Assembly (NCBI GenBank): GCA_038872135.1
Contig: JAVZGN010000022.1
Location: forward strand, 1 to 13,912
Direction: 5' to 3'
Source of the DNA: Candidatus Hadarchaeales archaeon
GTDB lineage: Archaea; Hadarchaeota; Hadarchaeia; Hadarchaeales; Hadarchaeaceae
Length of the DNA stretch: 13,912 nt
Shown here: positions 7,294 through 13,912 of the stretch, one piece after another
Layout of the letters: each line of letters opens with the position of its first letter
How positions within the stretch are numbered: the stretch's first letter is position 1
The notes under the pieces: model-generated
Databases searched by the model: none
What the model saw: only the letters and a program-made list of their open reading frames with translations
Told to the model about the DNA's origin: nothing
Translations under genes and position numbers: made by a program

Positions 7294-8092
7294 CCAAACC
7301 CACCACCTTGGCTATCGCCCTTTTGGTCAAAACTCCCAAAATTTCCCGCAGGTATTCCTCGCTGAAAAAAATGCTTCTTGAGATCTCCAGCTTCTGGATC
7401 GTGCTGTTGACGGCGGTTTTGATAGCATCGAAAGATGGCTCTTGACCAATCAGCGCCTCTTCCAGCTCTCTTAGTCTCGCCGGGGGCAGAGCTCCAGAGA
7501 CCGCCACTCTTAAGGATTTTATCCTGCCATTTTCCATGCTAGCGGAGGCCGTGGCAATTGCTCTTGCATAATCGTTTTTTGTTCTAGAAAACTTGAGAAA
7601 GGCCCCGCCGCCAGAATTTTTTTCTTTTGGAATTCTCACCTCTGCGAGTACATCTCCTCTCCTGGGCCTCTTCCTTAGAAACTCCTCCACTGAAATCGCC
7701 TTCTTTTTTCCAAGCAGTGCCACCTCTCCGTCTAAAACCATCAAAACCGGCGGAAGATGGGCCCAAAGATGCCTGCAGGCCAGGTTCCCGCCCACAGTGA
7801 TCATGTTCTTTAGAGGGGTGTCGGCCAGCTCATCACAGGCCTGGTAAAGAATTCCCCCACAGAAGCTCTTTGCAACGGGGGATTTCTCAAGCTGGGCGAT
7901 TGTTGTGGTCGCCCCAATTCTGATGGTTTTAGCATTTTCCTTCACATATGCCAGCTTAAGTGCAGTCAGGTCAACCAAGCATTTGGCTGATGGAACGCCG
8001 GTGAAAGCTGTCCCCCCAGCCAAAGGGATGCTCCCGGGCTTCCTCAAAAGCCTGACTGCTGCAGCCGGGTTTTTTGGGCGAAAGAACTCCAA
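7277..8092 (-). CDS. FAD-binding medium subunit of the xanthine dehydrogenase family (CoxM/YgfM-like), TTG start
   Basis: LAGGT, IRIGATTT, LKNMITVGGNL, LAEVRIP, FLKFSR, SEEYLR; GGAGG upstream of TTG. Confidence 0.9.
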   Translation of the reverse strand: MEFFRPKNPAAAVRLLRKPGSIPLAGGTAFTGVPSAKCLVDLTALKLAYVKENAKTIRIGATTTIAQLEKSPVAKSFCGGILYQACDELADTPLKNMITVGGNLACRHLWAHLPPVLMVLDGEVALLGKKKAISVEEFLRKRPRRGDVLAEVRIPKEKNSGGGAFLKFSRTKNDYARAIATASASMENGRIKSLRVAVSGALPPARLRELEEALIGQEPSFDAIKTAVNSTIQKLEISRSIFFSEEYLREILGVLTKRAIAKVVGLDGGNM

Positions 8093-8126
8093 TCAATTCC
8101 CTCCATCCTCATCAAAGAAAGAGAAG

Positions 8127-8579
8127 TTATAACCTTTGTGGAGGTCGGGGGACCTTGGCGGAAAGAACCTGCATCAAAAATTTCAGCTTCTCCCTGATCC
8201 TCATGAGCCCGTTGTAGATTTCCTCGGCCGAGATTGGAATGTACTCCTTTGCGGCGCCTGAACTCTGGAGAAGGGCCCTCCTGAACCTCGCTATCTCAAG
8301 AAAAATTTCCACATGGTCCTTGTGAAGAATCTTTTTCCTTTTGAGAAGTGCTAAGAGCTTTTTCTCCTCCATCTCCTTTCCATACTCCCCTACCAGATAT
8401 TTGGCCACATCCATGAGGGAGTCTATCGCATAGTGAGCATTTCTCTCGCCAAGGTCTGCCAGGAACTTGTTTTTCACAAACTCCTTGACACCAAGGCTGT
8501 GGATTTTCTCCAGCTTCTGGATGGAGTCCCAAAAACCGTCGATCCTGTCCAAAAGCTCAGTAGGAATTTTTTCTCCCAT
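8127..8579 (-). CDS. DUF86/HepT-like HEPN-domain protein with a degenerate RNase motif; no adjacent nucleotidyltransferase
   Basis: Helical pattern EF.KN......ERN.HYAIDSLMDVAKYLV...LKRKKIL......IARFRRALLQ...EY..IS.EEIY parallels the DUF86 consensus ER.LQ.AIE...DI...MAGFRNILVHEY..ID.E.VY. Confidence 0.7.
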   Translation of the reverse strand: MGEKIPTELLDRIDGFWDSIQKLEKIHSLGVKEFVKNKFLADLGERNAHYAIDSLMDVAKYLVGEYGKEMEEKKLLALLKRKKILHKDHVEIFLEIARFRRALLQSSGAAKEYIPISAEEIYNGLMRIREKLKFLMQVLSAKVPRPPQRL

Positions 8580-8649
8580 CAGAAAGATGTAGAAGAGATG
8601 CCTTTTTTCTCTTATTGCAAGTGAAAGAAAACCATCTGCTGGAAAGACG

Positions 8650-9069
8650 CTACCCGGTGACCCAATGCTCTCCAGAGATGGTGAACTCCTTTTTCCATAT
8701 CATCACTTCTTTCTTGATTCTGTCCATCGCCAGAGGAAGTGCATCAAAAACCTCCTTCCTGTGTTTCCCGCCGATGACCACATAGATTGCATCTTCCCCT
8801 GGTGAAAGATCGTCGATGATGTGATAGGCGATGGCGCGGAGAATTCCTGGGATTTTCTCCAGCTCAGCCATGATTTTCAGCATTTCTTTCTCGGCAGTTT
8901 CAGCTGCTTCATAGGAGAGCTTTTTCACAGCTCCCCTTTCGGAGGCCCCACGCACAACCCCAACGAAGCAGCCTATCGCTCCGAGTTCTTGCCCAGCCTC
9001 CTGCTTAACCTTCTCTACAAGCTGCTGGAGAGTTACCTCCCCTTTTTTAACTATTTTGGCTTCTGCCAC
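8650..9069 (-). CDS. moaE: Molybdopterin synthase catalytic subunit MoaE; likely start GTG at 9069
   Basis: GAIGCFVGVVR, LSYEA, PGE, HRKEVF, IKKEVMIWKKE...EHWV. The first 25 codons of the 9144 ORF cover promoter-like DNA, with TTTTTAT about 20-26 nt upstream of 9069. Confidence 0.88.
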   Translation of the reverse strand: MAEAKIVKKGEVTLQQLVEKVKQEAGQELGAIGCFVGVVRGASERGAVKKLSYEAAETAEKEMLKIMAELEKIPGILRAIAYHIIDDLSPGEDAIYVVIGGKHRKEVFDALPLAMDRIKKEVMIWKKEFTISGEHWVTG

Positions 9070-9177
9070 AAAGAAACTTTTCCTCACGATAAAAATACCT
9101 TGACCGTCATCTCGACATCGGGAAGTGCAACTTGCAAACATCAAAAAATTTATTTTGGAGAGAGCAGAGGAGGTTTG

Positions 9178-9822
9178 ATGGTGAGGCTAAAGTGGTGGGG
9201 GCAGGCCTGTTTTGAGATCAAAAGTGAAAAGACTGTGGTCATCGATCCCCACGATGGAAGTGGGATAGGGCTGCCTCCGCCCAAAGTGGCTGCGGATATT
9301 CTCTTGATTTCTCATGGGCACTACGATCATGCGGATGGTCTTCCTCTGGTTTCTTCAAAATCAACGGTTGTCATCGACAAACCGGGGAAAAGGGAGGTTG
9401 AGGGTGTAAAAGTTGAGGCAATAGAATCATTCCATGATGAGGCCGGGGGAAGGCTCAGAGGAAAAAACCTCATCTTTCTCTGCGAGACGGGGGGCTTGAG
9501 GATTTGCCACCTAGGAGACTTGGGTCATGTGCCCACAGAAGCCCAGCTAAAGAAGATGAAAAATGTCGATGTTCTGCTCCTCCCGGTGGGCGGGGTCTAC
9601 ACGATTGACGCCAGCGGGGCCACCGAGACGATGGAAAAGGTCGGTCCAAGGATAACAATTCCGATGCACTACAAGATTCCGGGACTGAACATAGACATCG
9701 CCGGGGTTGAGCCCTTCCTGAAAGGAAAAAAGAATGTGAAAAGAATCGGGAAGGATGAGGTTGATATTCTTAAAACCGGGCTGCCATCAACTCCAGAAAT
9801 CTGGGTCCTCTCAAAACAGTAG
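9178..9822 (+). CDS. MBL-fold metallo-hydrolase (Zn-dependent, Lactamase_B_3-type), 214 aa; true start at ATG 9178, not 8821
   Basis: LKWWGQACF, VIDPH, SHGHYDH (HxHxDH), FHD...RGKN, HLGDLGH, LPVGG, IPMHY; SD GGAGGT directly upstream. Confidence 0.9.
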   Translation: MVRLKWWGQACFEIKSEKTVVIDPHDGSGIGLPPPKVAADILLISHGHYDHADGLPLVSSKSTVVIDKPGKREVEGVKVEAIESFHDEAGGRLRGKNLIFLCETGGLRICHLGDLGHVPTEAQLKKMKNVDVLLLPVGGVYTIDASGATETMEKVGPRITIPMHYKIPGLNIDIAGVEPFLKGKKNVKRIGKDEVDILKTGLPSTPEIWVLSKQ

Positions 9823-9870
9823 ATGCCCTACTCCTGGCTCTGTTCTCAAGTAGTGAGCATCGAGTAATGC

Positions 9871-9900
9871 TTAAATGTTGTATAATCATATAATTATATG
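9871..9900 (+). promoter_or_regulatory. vapBC promoter: TATA (TTAAAT 9871-9876) and perfect palindrome CATATAATTATATG (9887-9900), a putative autorepression operator
   Basis: The 14-bp sequence equals its own reverse complement and lies between the TATA box and ATG 9908. Confidence 0.65.
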
Positions 9901-9907
9901 GTGAAAA

Positions 9908-10126
9908 ATGCAGAAATATTCCACCATCTCGGTTCCAGTCGAGATTAAGGAGCTCCTCGAAAGAGAAAAGGGCGATATGGAATGGGGCGAGTGGCTACTC
10001 GAGCTGTACAAGCAGAGACGCAGGAGAGCGTTCGAAAAATTGACGAGAGAAATCCTTACGCCTACCGATCTCAAGAATATGACATCATCATCAAAGAAAT
10101 TTAGGCGGGAGTTTAGATTTAGATGA
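9908..10126 (+). CDS. vapB: VapB-type antitoxin (RHH-like N-terminus)
   Basis: STISVPVEIKELLEREKGDMEWGEWLLEL has a strand-helix-helix pattern; C-terminal FRREFRFR; ATGA overlap with the downstream PIN gene. Confidence 0.75.
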   Translation: MQKYSTISVPVEIKELLEREKGDMEWGEWLLELYKQRRRRAFEKLTREILTPTDLKNMTSSSKKFRREFRFR

Positions 10127-10497
10127 ACTTGCTTGATACAGACGTGATTATCAACCTCTTAAGAGAAAAGAGATATGAAGCTGGAGCCATTTCAGTGCTG
10201 ACGCTCATTGAACTCTTAAGGGGTCTCACGGCAGAGAAGCGCACACAGACAAAAAAGTTGCTCGAAGAGAGCTTCACCGTTCTTGGCATTGACAACAAGA
10301 TCATTGAGATTTATTGTTCTCTGTATCAGGAGGTGAAAAGAAGAGGAATGCTTCTACCTGACGCCGATCTTCTGATAGCCGCCACCGCCATGTCCCACGG
10401 CCTTGCGCTTAAGACAGCCAACAAACAACACTTCAAGCGATTGGAAAAACTCGGCCTCAAACTAGCGGGTGAATCTTCTGATCACCATGAACTGTAG
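10123..10497 (+). CDS. vapC: VapC PIN-domain ribonuclease toxin
   Basis: LLDTDVII, ISVLTLIELLRG, LPDADLLIAATA, LKTANKQHF. Confidence 0.92.
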   Translation: MNLLDTDVIINLLREKRYEAGAISVLTLIELLRGLTAEKRTQTKKLLEESFTVLGIDNKIIEIYCSLYQEVKRRGMLLPDADLLIAATAMSHGLALKTANKQHFKRLEKLGLKLAGESSDHHEL

Positions 10498-10526
10498 AAT
10501 ATCGATAGCTAGAAGCAAACTTTAGA

Positions 10527-10603
10527 TGGTGCGGAGGGGGGGATTTGAACCCCCGGCATTCGGATCTTCAGTCCGACACTCTCCCAGGCTGAGTTACCTC
10601 CGC
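10527..10603 (-). tRNA. tRNA-Phe (GAA), 77 nt, no intron, CCA encoded
   Basis: GCGGAGG TA ACTC AGCCTGGGA GAGT G TCGGA CTGAAGA TCCGA ATGCC GGGGG TTCAAAT CCCCC CCTCCGC ACCA. All four stems pair perfectly; the anticodon is at 10569-10567. Confidence 0.97.
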
Positions 10604-10625
10604 CATATCTCCATCGCCGGTTGCG

Positions 10626-10632
10626 CTTAAAA
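10626..10632 (-). promoter_or_regulatory. TATA box (TTTTAAG) for tRNA-Phe
   Basis: Located 23-29 nt upstream of the mature tRNA 5' end. Confidence 0.55.
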
Positions 10633-10689
10633 TTGTGATGGGGTGGCCTTCCAAGAAAAGCGCCAGGTCGGGCAAAGACGGTGCACGCC

Positions 10690-10695
10690 TTTAAG
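10690..10695 (+). promoter_or_regulatory. TATA box (TTTAAG) for gatDE
   Basis: Lies at -32..-27 from ATG 10722; AGGTGGTGA directly precedes that ATG. Confidence 0.45.
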
Positions 10696-10721
10696 TCATG
10701 AGAGAAAGATTAGGTGGTGAG

Positions 10722-12056
10722 ATGTCGGAGTACACCGGTACCGTTGGACGGCTTCTGAAGAAGGCTGGCGTGCGGGTCGGCGATAGGATAAGGGTCGAAA
10801 AGAAGGGGAGAGTTCATGAAGGAATTCTCATGCCGAGGACCGAGCTCGGTGATCCCCTTCACATCGTCCTGAAGCTTCCCAATGGTTATAACATCGGGAT
10901 TCGCGCTACATCGAAAACCAAGATAATCCTTCTCGAGCGCGGGGCCCCTCCAAGACTTGCCATCCCCAAACTAGACATCACCCCAGATCCAAGAAAGCCC
11001 ACTGTGGCGATTATTGGGACTGGAGGAACAATCGCGAGCCGGGTGGACTACAGGACTGGAGCAGTCTTCCCGGCCTTCACGCCGGAAGAAATCTACAGCG
11101 CTGTTCCAGAGGTTGCGGAGATCGCCAACATCAGGGTCATTGAAGTTTGCAATGTTTTCAGCGAGCACATGAAGCCGGAGCTCTGGATGAAAATCGCTAG
11201 AGCGGTTGCGAGGGAGATAAACGCCGGGGCAAGGGGGGTTGTGATTGCCCATGGAACTGACACCATGGGGTACACGGCAGCGGCTCTAAGCTTTCTTCTG
11301 GAGGGGCTCTTTCGCCCGGTAGTTCTTGTCGGCTCCCAGAGGTCGTCCGATAGGCCGAGCAGCGATGCAGCCCTTAACCTGATTTCCGCTGTAAAAGTTG
11401 CGGCGGAGTCGGATATCGCAGAAGTGACGGTGGTGATGCATGGGGCGCCTGACGATGATTTTTGTTTGATCCACAGGGGGCCCAAGGTGAGGAAATGCCA
11501 CACCAGCAGGAGAGACGCCTTCCAAACCATAAACGATGCTCCCTTGGGAGCCGTGGGGAAGGATGGGATAAGGCTCTTCAGGACCGATTACAACAAGGCG
11601 AAGGATGGAGGGAAGGTGAGGATAAAAGGGAAATTTGAGCCAAGGATCCTTCTATTAAAAGTTACTCCAGGGCTCTCCCCGGATATCCTGAAGTGGGCTG
11701 TGGCCAGAAGATTCAGGGGAATAGTCCTTGAGGGAACTGGTCTGGGCCATGCCCCCGAAAGCCTTTTTGAGGGGATAAAGCTGGCGGTCAGGAGAAAAAT
11801 CCCGGTGGTGATGACATCTCAGTGTCTTTGGGGCCGCATAGACATGAAGGTTTACTCGACTGGCCGAGATTTGCTCCAGCTGGGGGTTATCCCCGGGGAA
11901 GACATGCTCCCGGAGGTCGCCTGGGTGAAGCTGATGTGGGTTCTTGGGCAGACGAGAAAAATGGAGAGAATCAAGGAGCTGATGAGGACGAACATCGCCG
12001 GAGAGATAACTCCAGTCACAGGGGCAGAGACTTTTATCAAACCTGCGTATCTCTAG
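10722..12056 (+). CDS. gatD: Glu-tRNA(Gln) amidotransferase subunit D; likely start ATG 10722
   Basis: GILMPR...LKLPNGYNIG N-domain, GTGGTIASRVDYRTGAV, HGTDTM, GSQRSSDRPSSD, RKCHTSRRDAF, EGTGLGH, VYSTGRDL, DMLPEVAWVKLMWVLG, NIAGEI. Confidence 0.97.
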   Translation: MSEYTGTVGRLLKKAGVRVGDRIRVEKKGRVHEGILMPRTELGDPLHIVLKLPNGYNIGIRATSKTKIILLERGAPPRLAIPKLDITPDPRKPTVAIIGTGGTIASRVDYRTGAVFPAFTPEEIYSAVPEVAEIANIRVIEVCNVFSEHMKPELWMKIARAVAREINAGARGVVIAHGTDTMGYTAAALSFLLEGLFRPVVLVGSQRSSDRPSSDAALNLISAVKVAAESDIAEVTVVMHGAPDDDFCLIHRGPKVRKCHTSRRDAFQTINDAPLGAVGKDGIRLFRTDYNKAKDGGKVRIKGKFEPRILLLKVTPGLSPDILKWAVARRFRGIVLEGTGLGHAPESLFEGIKLAVRRKIPVVMTSQCLWGRIDMKVYSTGRDLLQLGVIPGEDMLPEVAWVKLMWVLGQTRKMERIKELMRTNIAGEITPVTGAETFIKPAYL

Positions 12057-12067
12057 GCGGTGATTGA

Positions 12068-13912
12068 GTGGAAGATGTTGGTCTCAGGGTCGGGCTGGAA
12101 ATCCATCAGGAACTCAGCGGCGGGAAGCTCTTCTGTGGCTGCGGTTCTGAGCTGGACGATGGCCCCCCGAAGATGATTGTGAGGAGAAGGCTGCGCCCCA
12201 CTCAGAGCGAGCTTGGGGAGGTGGACAGAGCTGCCCTTGCGGAGGCTCTCAAAGGGAAGGGGTTCAGGTATGAGGTCACTAAGAACTCCTGTCTTGTGGA
12301 GATGGACTGTGAGCCTCCCCACCCTGTGAATGAGAAGGCCCTGGATGCCGCGCTGGAAATATCCCTCCTCCTGAATGCAAAACCAGTGGAGGAAATTCAT
12401 GTTATGAGAAAAATTGTGATTGACGGGAGCAACACCACGGGCTTTCAGAGGACGATGCTCGTGGCCACAGACGGCTGGGTGGAGGTCGATGGAAAGAAGT
12501 ATTCTATCAAAACCATCTGCCTGGAGGAGGATGCGGCAAGAAAGATGGGAGAGGACGAAAATGAGGTCACCTACAGGCTGGACAGGCTTGGGATCCCGCT
12601 GGTGGAAATTGCAACGGGAGCAGAGTTCTCAGACCCAGAAACGCCGGCGAAAGTTGCTCTTTACATCGGGCAGCTCATGAGAGCTACCGGGAAGGTCAAG
12701 AGGGGAATTGGGACGATCAGGCAGGACATAAACATTTCAATCGCCGGTGGAGCCAGGCAGGAGATAAAGGGGATTCAGGAGCTTGAGCTGATTCCAGAGG
12801 TCATCAGGCGGGAGGTCCAGAGGCAGAAGGCGCTGCTGGAGATAAGGGAAGAGCTAAAGAGAAGGGGGGCGGTCGCGGTGAAGGAAAACTTTTTTGACGT
12901 CACGAAGGTCTTCTCCACGACGGGATCTCAGATAATCAAAAGGGCTGTTGCAAACGGTGGGGTTGTTCTCGCTGTTGTTCTCCCGAGATTCGGGGGACTG
13001 CTTGGGAAAGAGGTCCAGCCGGGGAGGAGGTTCGGGACGGAGCTGGCCGATGTGGCGAGAGTTTATGGGAAAGTGGGCGGAATCTTCCACACCGATGAGC
13101 TGCCTGGATGTGGGATAGGGCTGAGGGAGGTGGAGGAGATGAGAAGGGCGGTTGGGGCGGAGGCTGATGATGCTGTGGTGCTGGTGGCTGACAGGAGGGA
13201 GAAGGCGGAGCTGGCTTTGAGGAAGGTTGTTGAGCGGGCCAACATGGCTCTGGAGGGGGTGCCGGAGGAAACCAGAAGGGCTCTGCCGGATGGGAACACA
13301 GAGTTCATGCGCCCCCTGCCCGGAGCAGCCAGGATGTACCCCGAAACTGATATCCCCCCGGTTCTTGTAGAAGCCGGGAGGCTGAGGAAGATAAGGAGAG
13401 CTCTGGCGGAGCCCCCAGAGGTGACTGTTGAGAGATTGAGGAGGATGGGGCTTAGTCAGCACCTTGCGGAGAAGGTTGTTTTTTCTGGCAACGCTGAGCT
13501 GCTGGAGACCTTGGTTGAGAAAAGCGGGGCGGATCCAACGCTTGCTGCAACAACCATAGAAGAAACCCTTGTCAGTCTGAGGAGGGAGGGGGTTGAGGTG
13601 GAGAAGATTGCGGCCGAGCATCTGGCAGAGGTCCTGTCGATGGTCATGAGGGGGGGAATCGCGAAGGAAGCTGTGCCCGAGGTTCTGAGGGTGCTGCCTG
13701 AAACTGGAAAGGTGGAGGAGGCGGTGAAGAGGCTTGGACTCTCAGCGATGGGAATTGATGAGCTCGAGCGCATAGTGGCCGAGGAGATAGAGAAAAATGC
13801 TGATGTGGTGATGAGGAAGAAGATGGAGGCTGTGGGGGCCCTTATGGGTGCCGTGATGGAGAGGGTCAGGGGAAGGATTGATGGAAAAACTGTGCATGAA
13901 ATTGTGAAAAGG
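12068..13912 (+). CDS. gatE: Glu-tRNA(Gln) amidotransferase subunit E; 615 codons visible, 3' end beyond the window (absent from the ORF track)
   Basis: Manual translation from GTG 12068 (SD GGCGGTGA 12056-12063) gives GLRVGLEIHQEL, KLFCGC, RRLRPTQSELGEVD, MRKIVIDGSNTTGFQRT, CLEEDAA, YRLDRLGIPLVEI, KRGIGTIRQDINISI, GVPEETR, RPLPGAARMYPETD, LMGAVM..VRGRIDGK. Confidence 0.97.
   Translation, partial: MEDVGLRVGLEIHQELSGGKLFCGCGSELDDGPPKMIVRRRLRPTQSELGEVDRAALAEALKGKGFRYEVTKNSCLVEMDCEPPHPVNEKALDAALEISLLLNAKPVEEIHVMRKIVIDGSNTTGFQRTMLVATDGWVEVDGKKYSIKTICLEEDAARKMGEDENEVTYRLDRLGIPLVEIATGAEFSDPETPAKVALYIGQLMRATGKVKRGIGTIRQDINISIAGGARQEIKGIQELELIPEVIRREVQRQKALLEIREELKRRGAVAVKENFFDVTKVFSTTGSQIIKRAVANGGVVLAVVLPRFGGLLGKEVQPGRRFGTELADVARVYGKVGGIFHTDELPGCGIGLREVEEMRRAVGAEADDAVVLVADRREKAELALRKVVERANMALEGVPEETRRALPDGNTEFMRPLPGAARMYPETDIPPVLVEAGRLRKIRRALAEPPEVTVERLRRMGLSQHLAEKVVFSGNAELLETLVEKSGADPTLAATTIEETLVSLRREGVEVEKIAAEHLAEVLSMVMRGGIAKEAVPEVLRVLPETGKVEEAVKRLGLSAMGIDELERIVAEEIEKNADVVMRKKMEAVGALMGAVMERVRGRIDGKTVHEIVKR

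Noticed and set aside
4800..8132. Numerous plus-strand ORFs, including the 234-aa ORF at 6661..7365
   Set aside because: They are antisense to well-supported xdh-family genes and show no recognisable motifs or translation signals.
890..9113. Shared 8-mer GTCATCTC in two promoter regions (890-897 and 9106-9113)
   Set aside because: An 8-mer match among about 1 kb of intergenic DNA is expected by chance; it is not palindromic and its position relative to the TATA boxes differs.
8821..9177. 119-codon N-terminal extension of the MBL hydrolase in the ORF track
   Set aside because: It is antisense to moaE and crosses the promoter region; a strong SD precedes ATG 9178, where the family-typical N-terminus begins.
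12060..12085. Possible frameshift at the gatE start (GTG ATT GAG TGG in another frame would give MIEW-EDVGL, resembling MDWEKVGL-type N-termini)
   Set aside because: GTG 12068 has a well-spaced SD (GGCGGTGA) and yields all conserved motifs, so no recoding is needed.
12053..13773. ORF-track entries 12053..12400, 12420..12680, 12854..13621, 13063..13308 and 13456..13773
   Set aside because: These are shadow frames of gatE, which the track missed because its stop codon lies outside the window.
1..13912. CRISPR array, integrase/transposase, att-site duplication, selenocysteine/pyrrolysine read-through
   Set aside because: I found none by eye: all CDSs are uninterrupted and end at family-typical positions, and I saw no second copy of the tRNA 3' end.

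Overview
Archaeal chromosomal segment. Evidence: gatD-gatE (the archaea-specific Glu-tRNA(Gln) amidotransferase), BRE/TATA promoters, GGAGGTGA-type SD sites and an archaeal-type tRNA-Phe(GAA). Left to right: the 5' stub of a minus-strand gene; a small surface protein with a class III (pilin-type) signal peptide; a two-gene unit made of an EndoIV/xylose-isomerase-like TIM-barrel metalloenzyme and a P-loop (NMP/PSTK-like) kinase; an aldehyde:ferredoxin oxidoreductase (AOR/WOR family); a convergent, overlapping three-subunit xanthine-dehydrogenase-family (XdhD-like) operon; an orphan DUF86/HepT-like HEPN protein lacking its catalytic motif; moaE; an MBL-fold hydrolase; a vapBC toxin-antitoxin pair with a perfect 14-bp palindromic operator; tRNA-Phe; gatD; and gatE, which is cut by the window end. 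The best candidates for undescribed biology are the TIM-barrel + kinase pair, the catalytically degenerate HEPN inside the pterin-enzyme cluster, and the XdhD-like/AOR cluster with non-consensus active-site motifs. All family assignments come from motif recognition by eye; no database searches were run.
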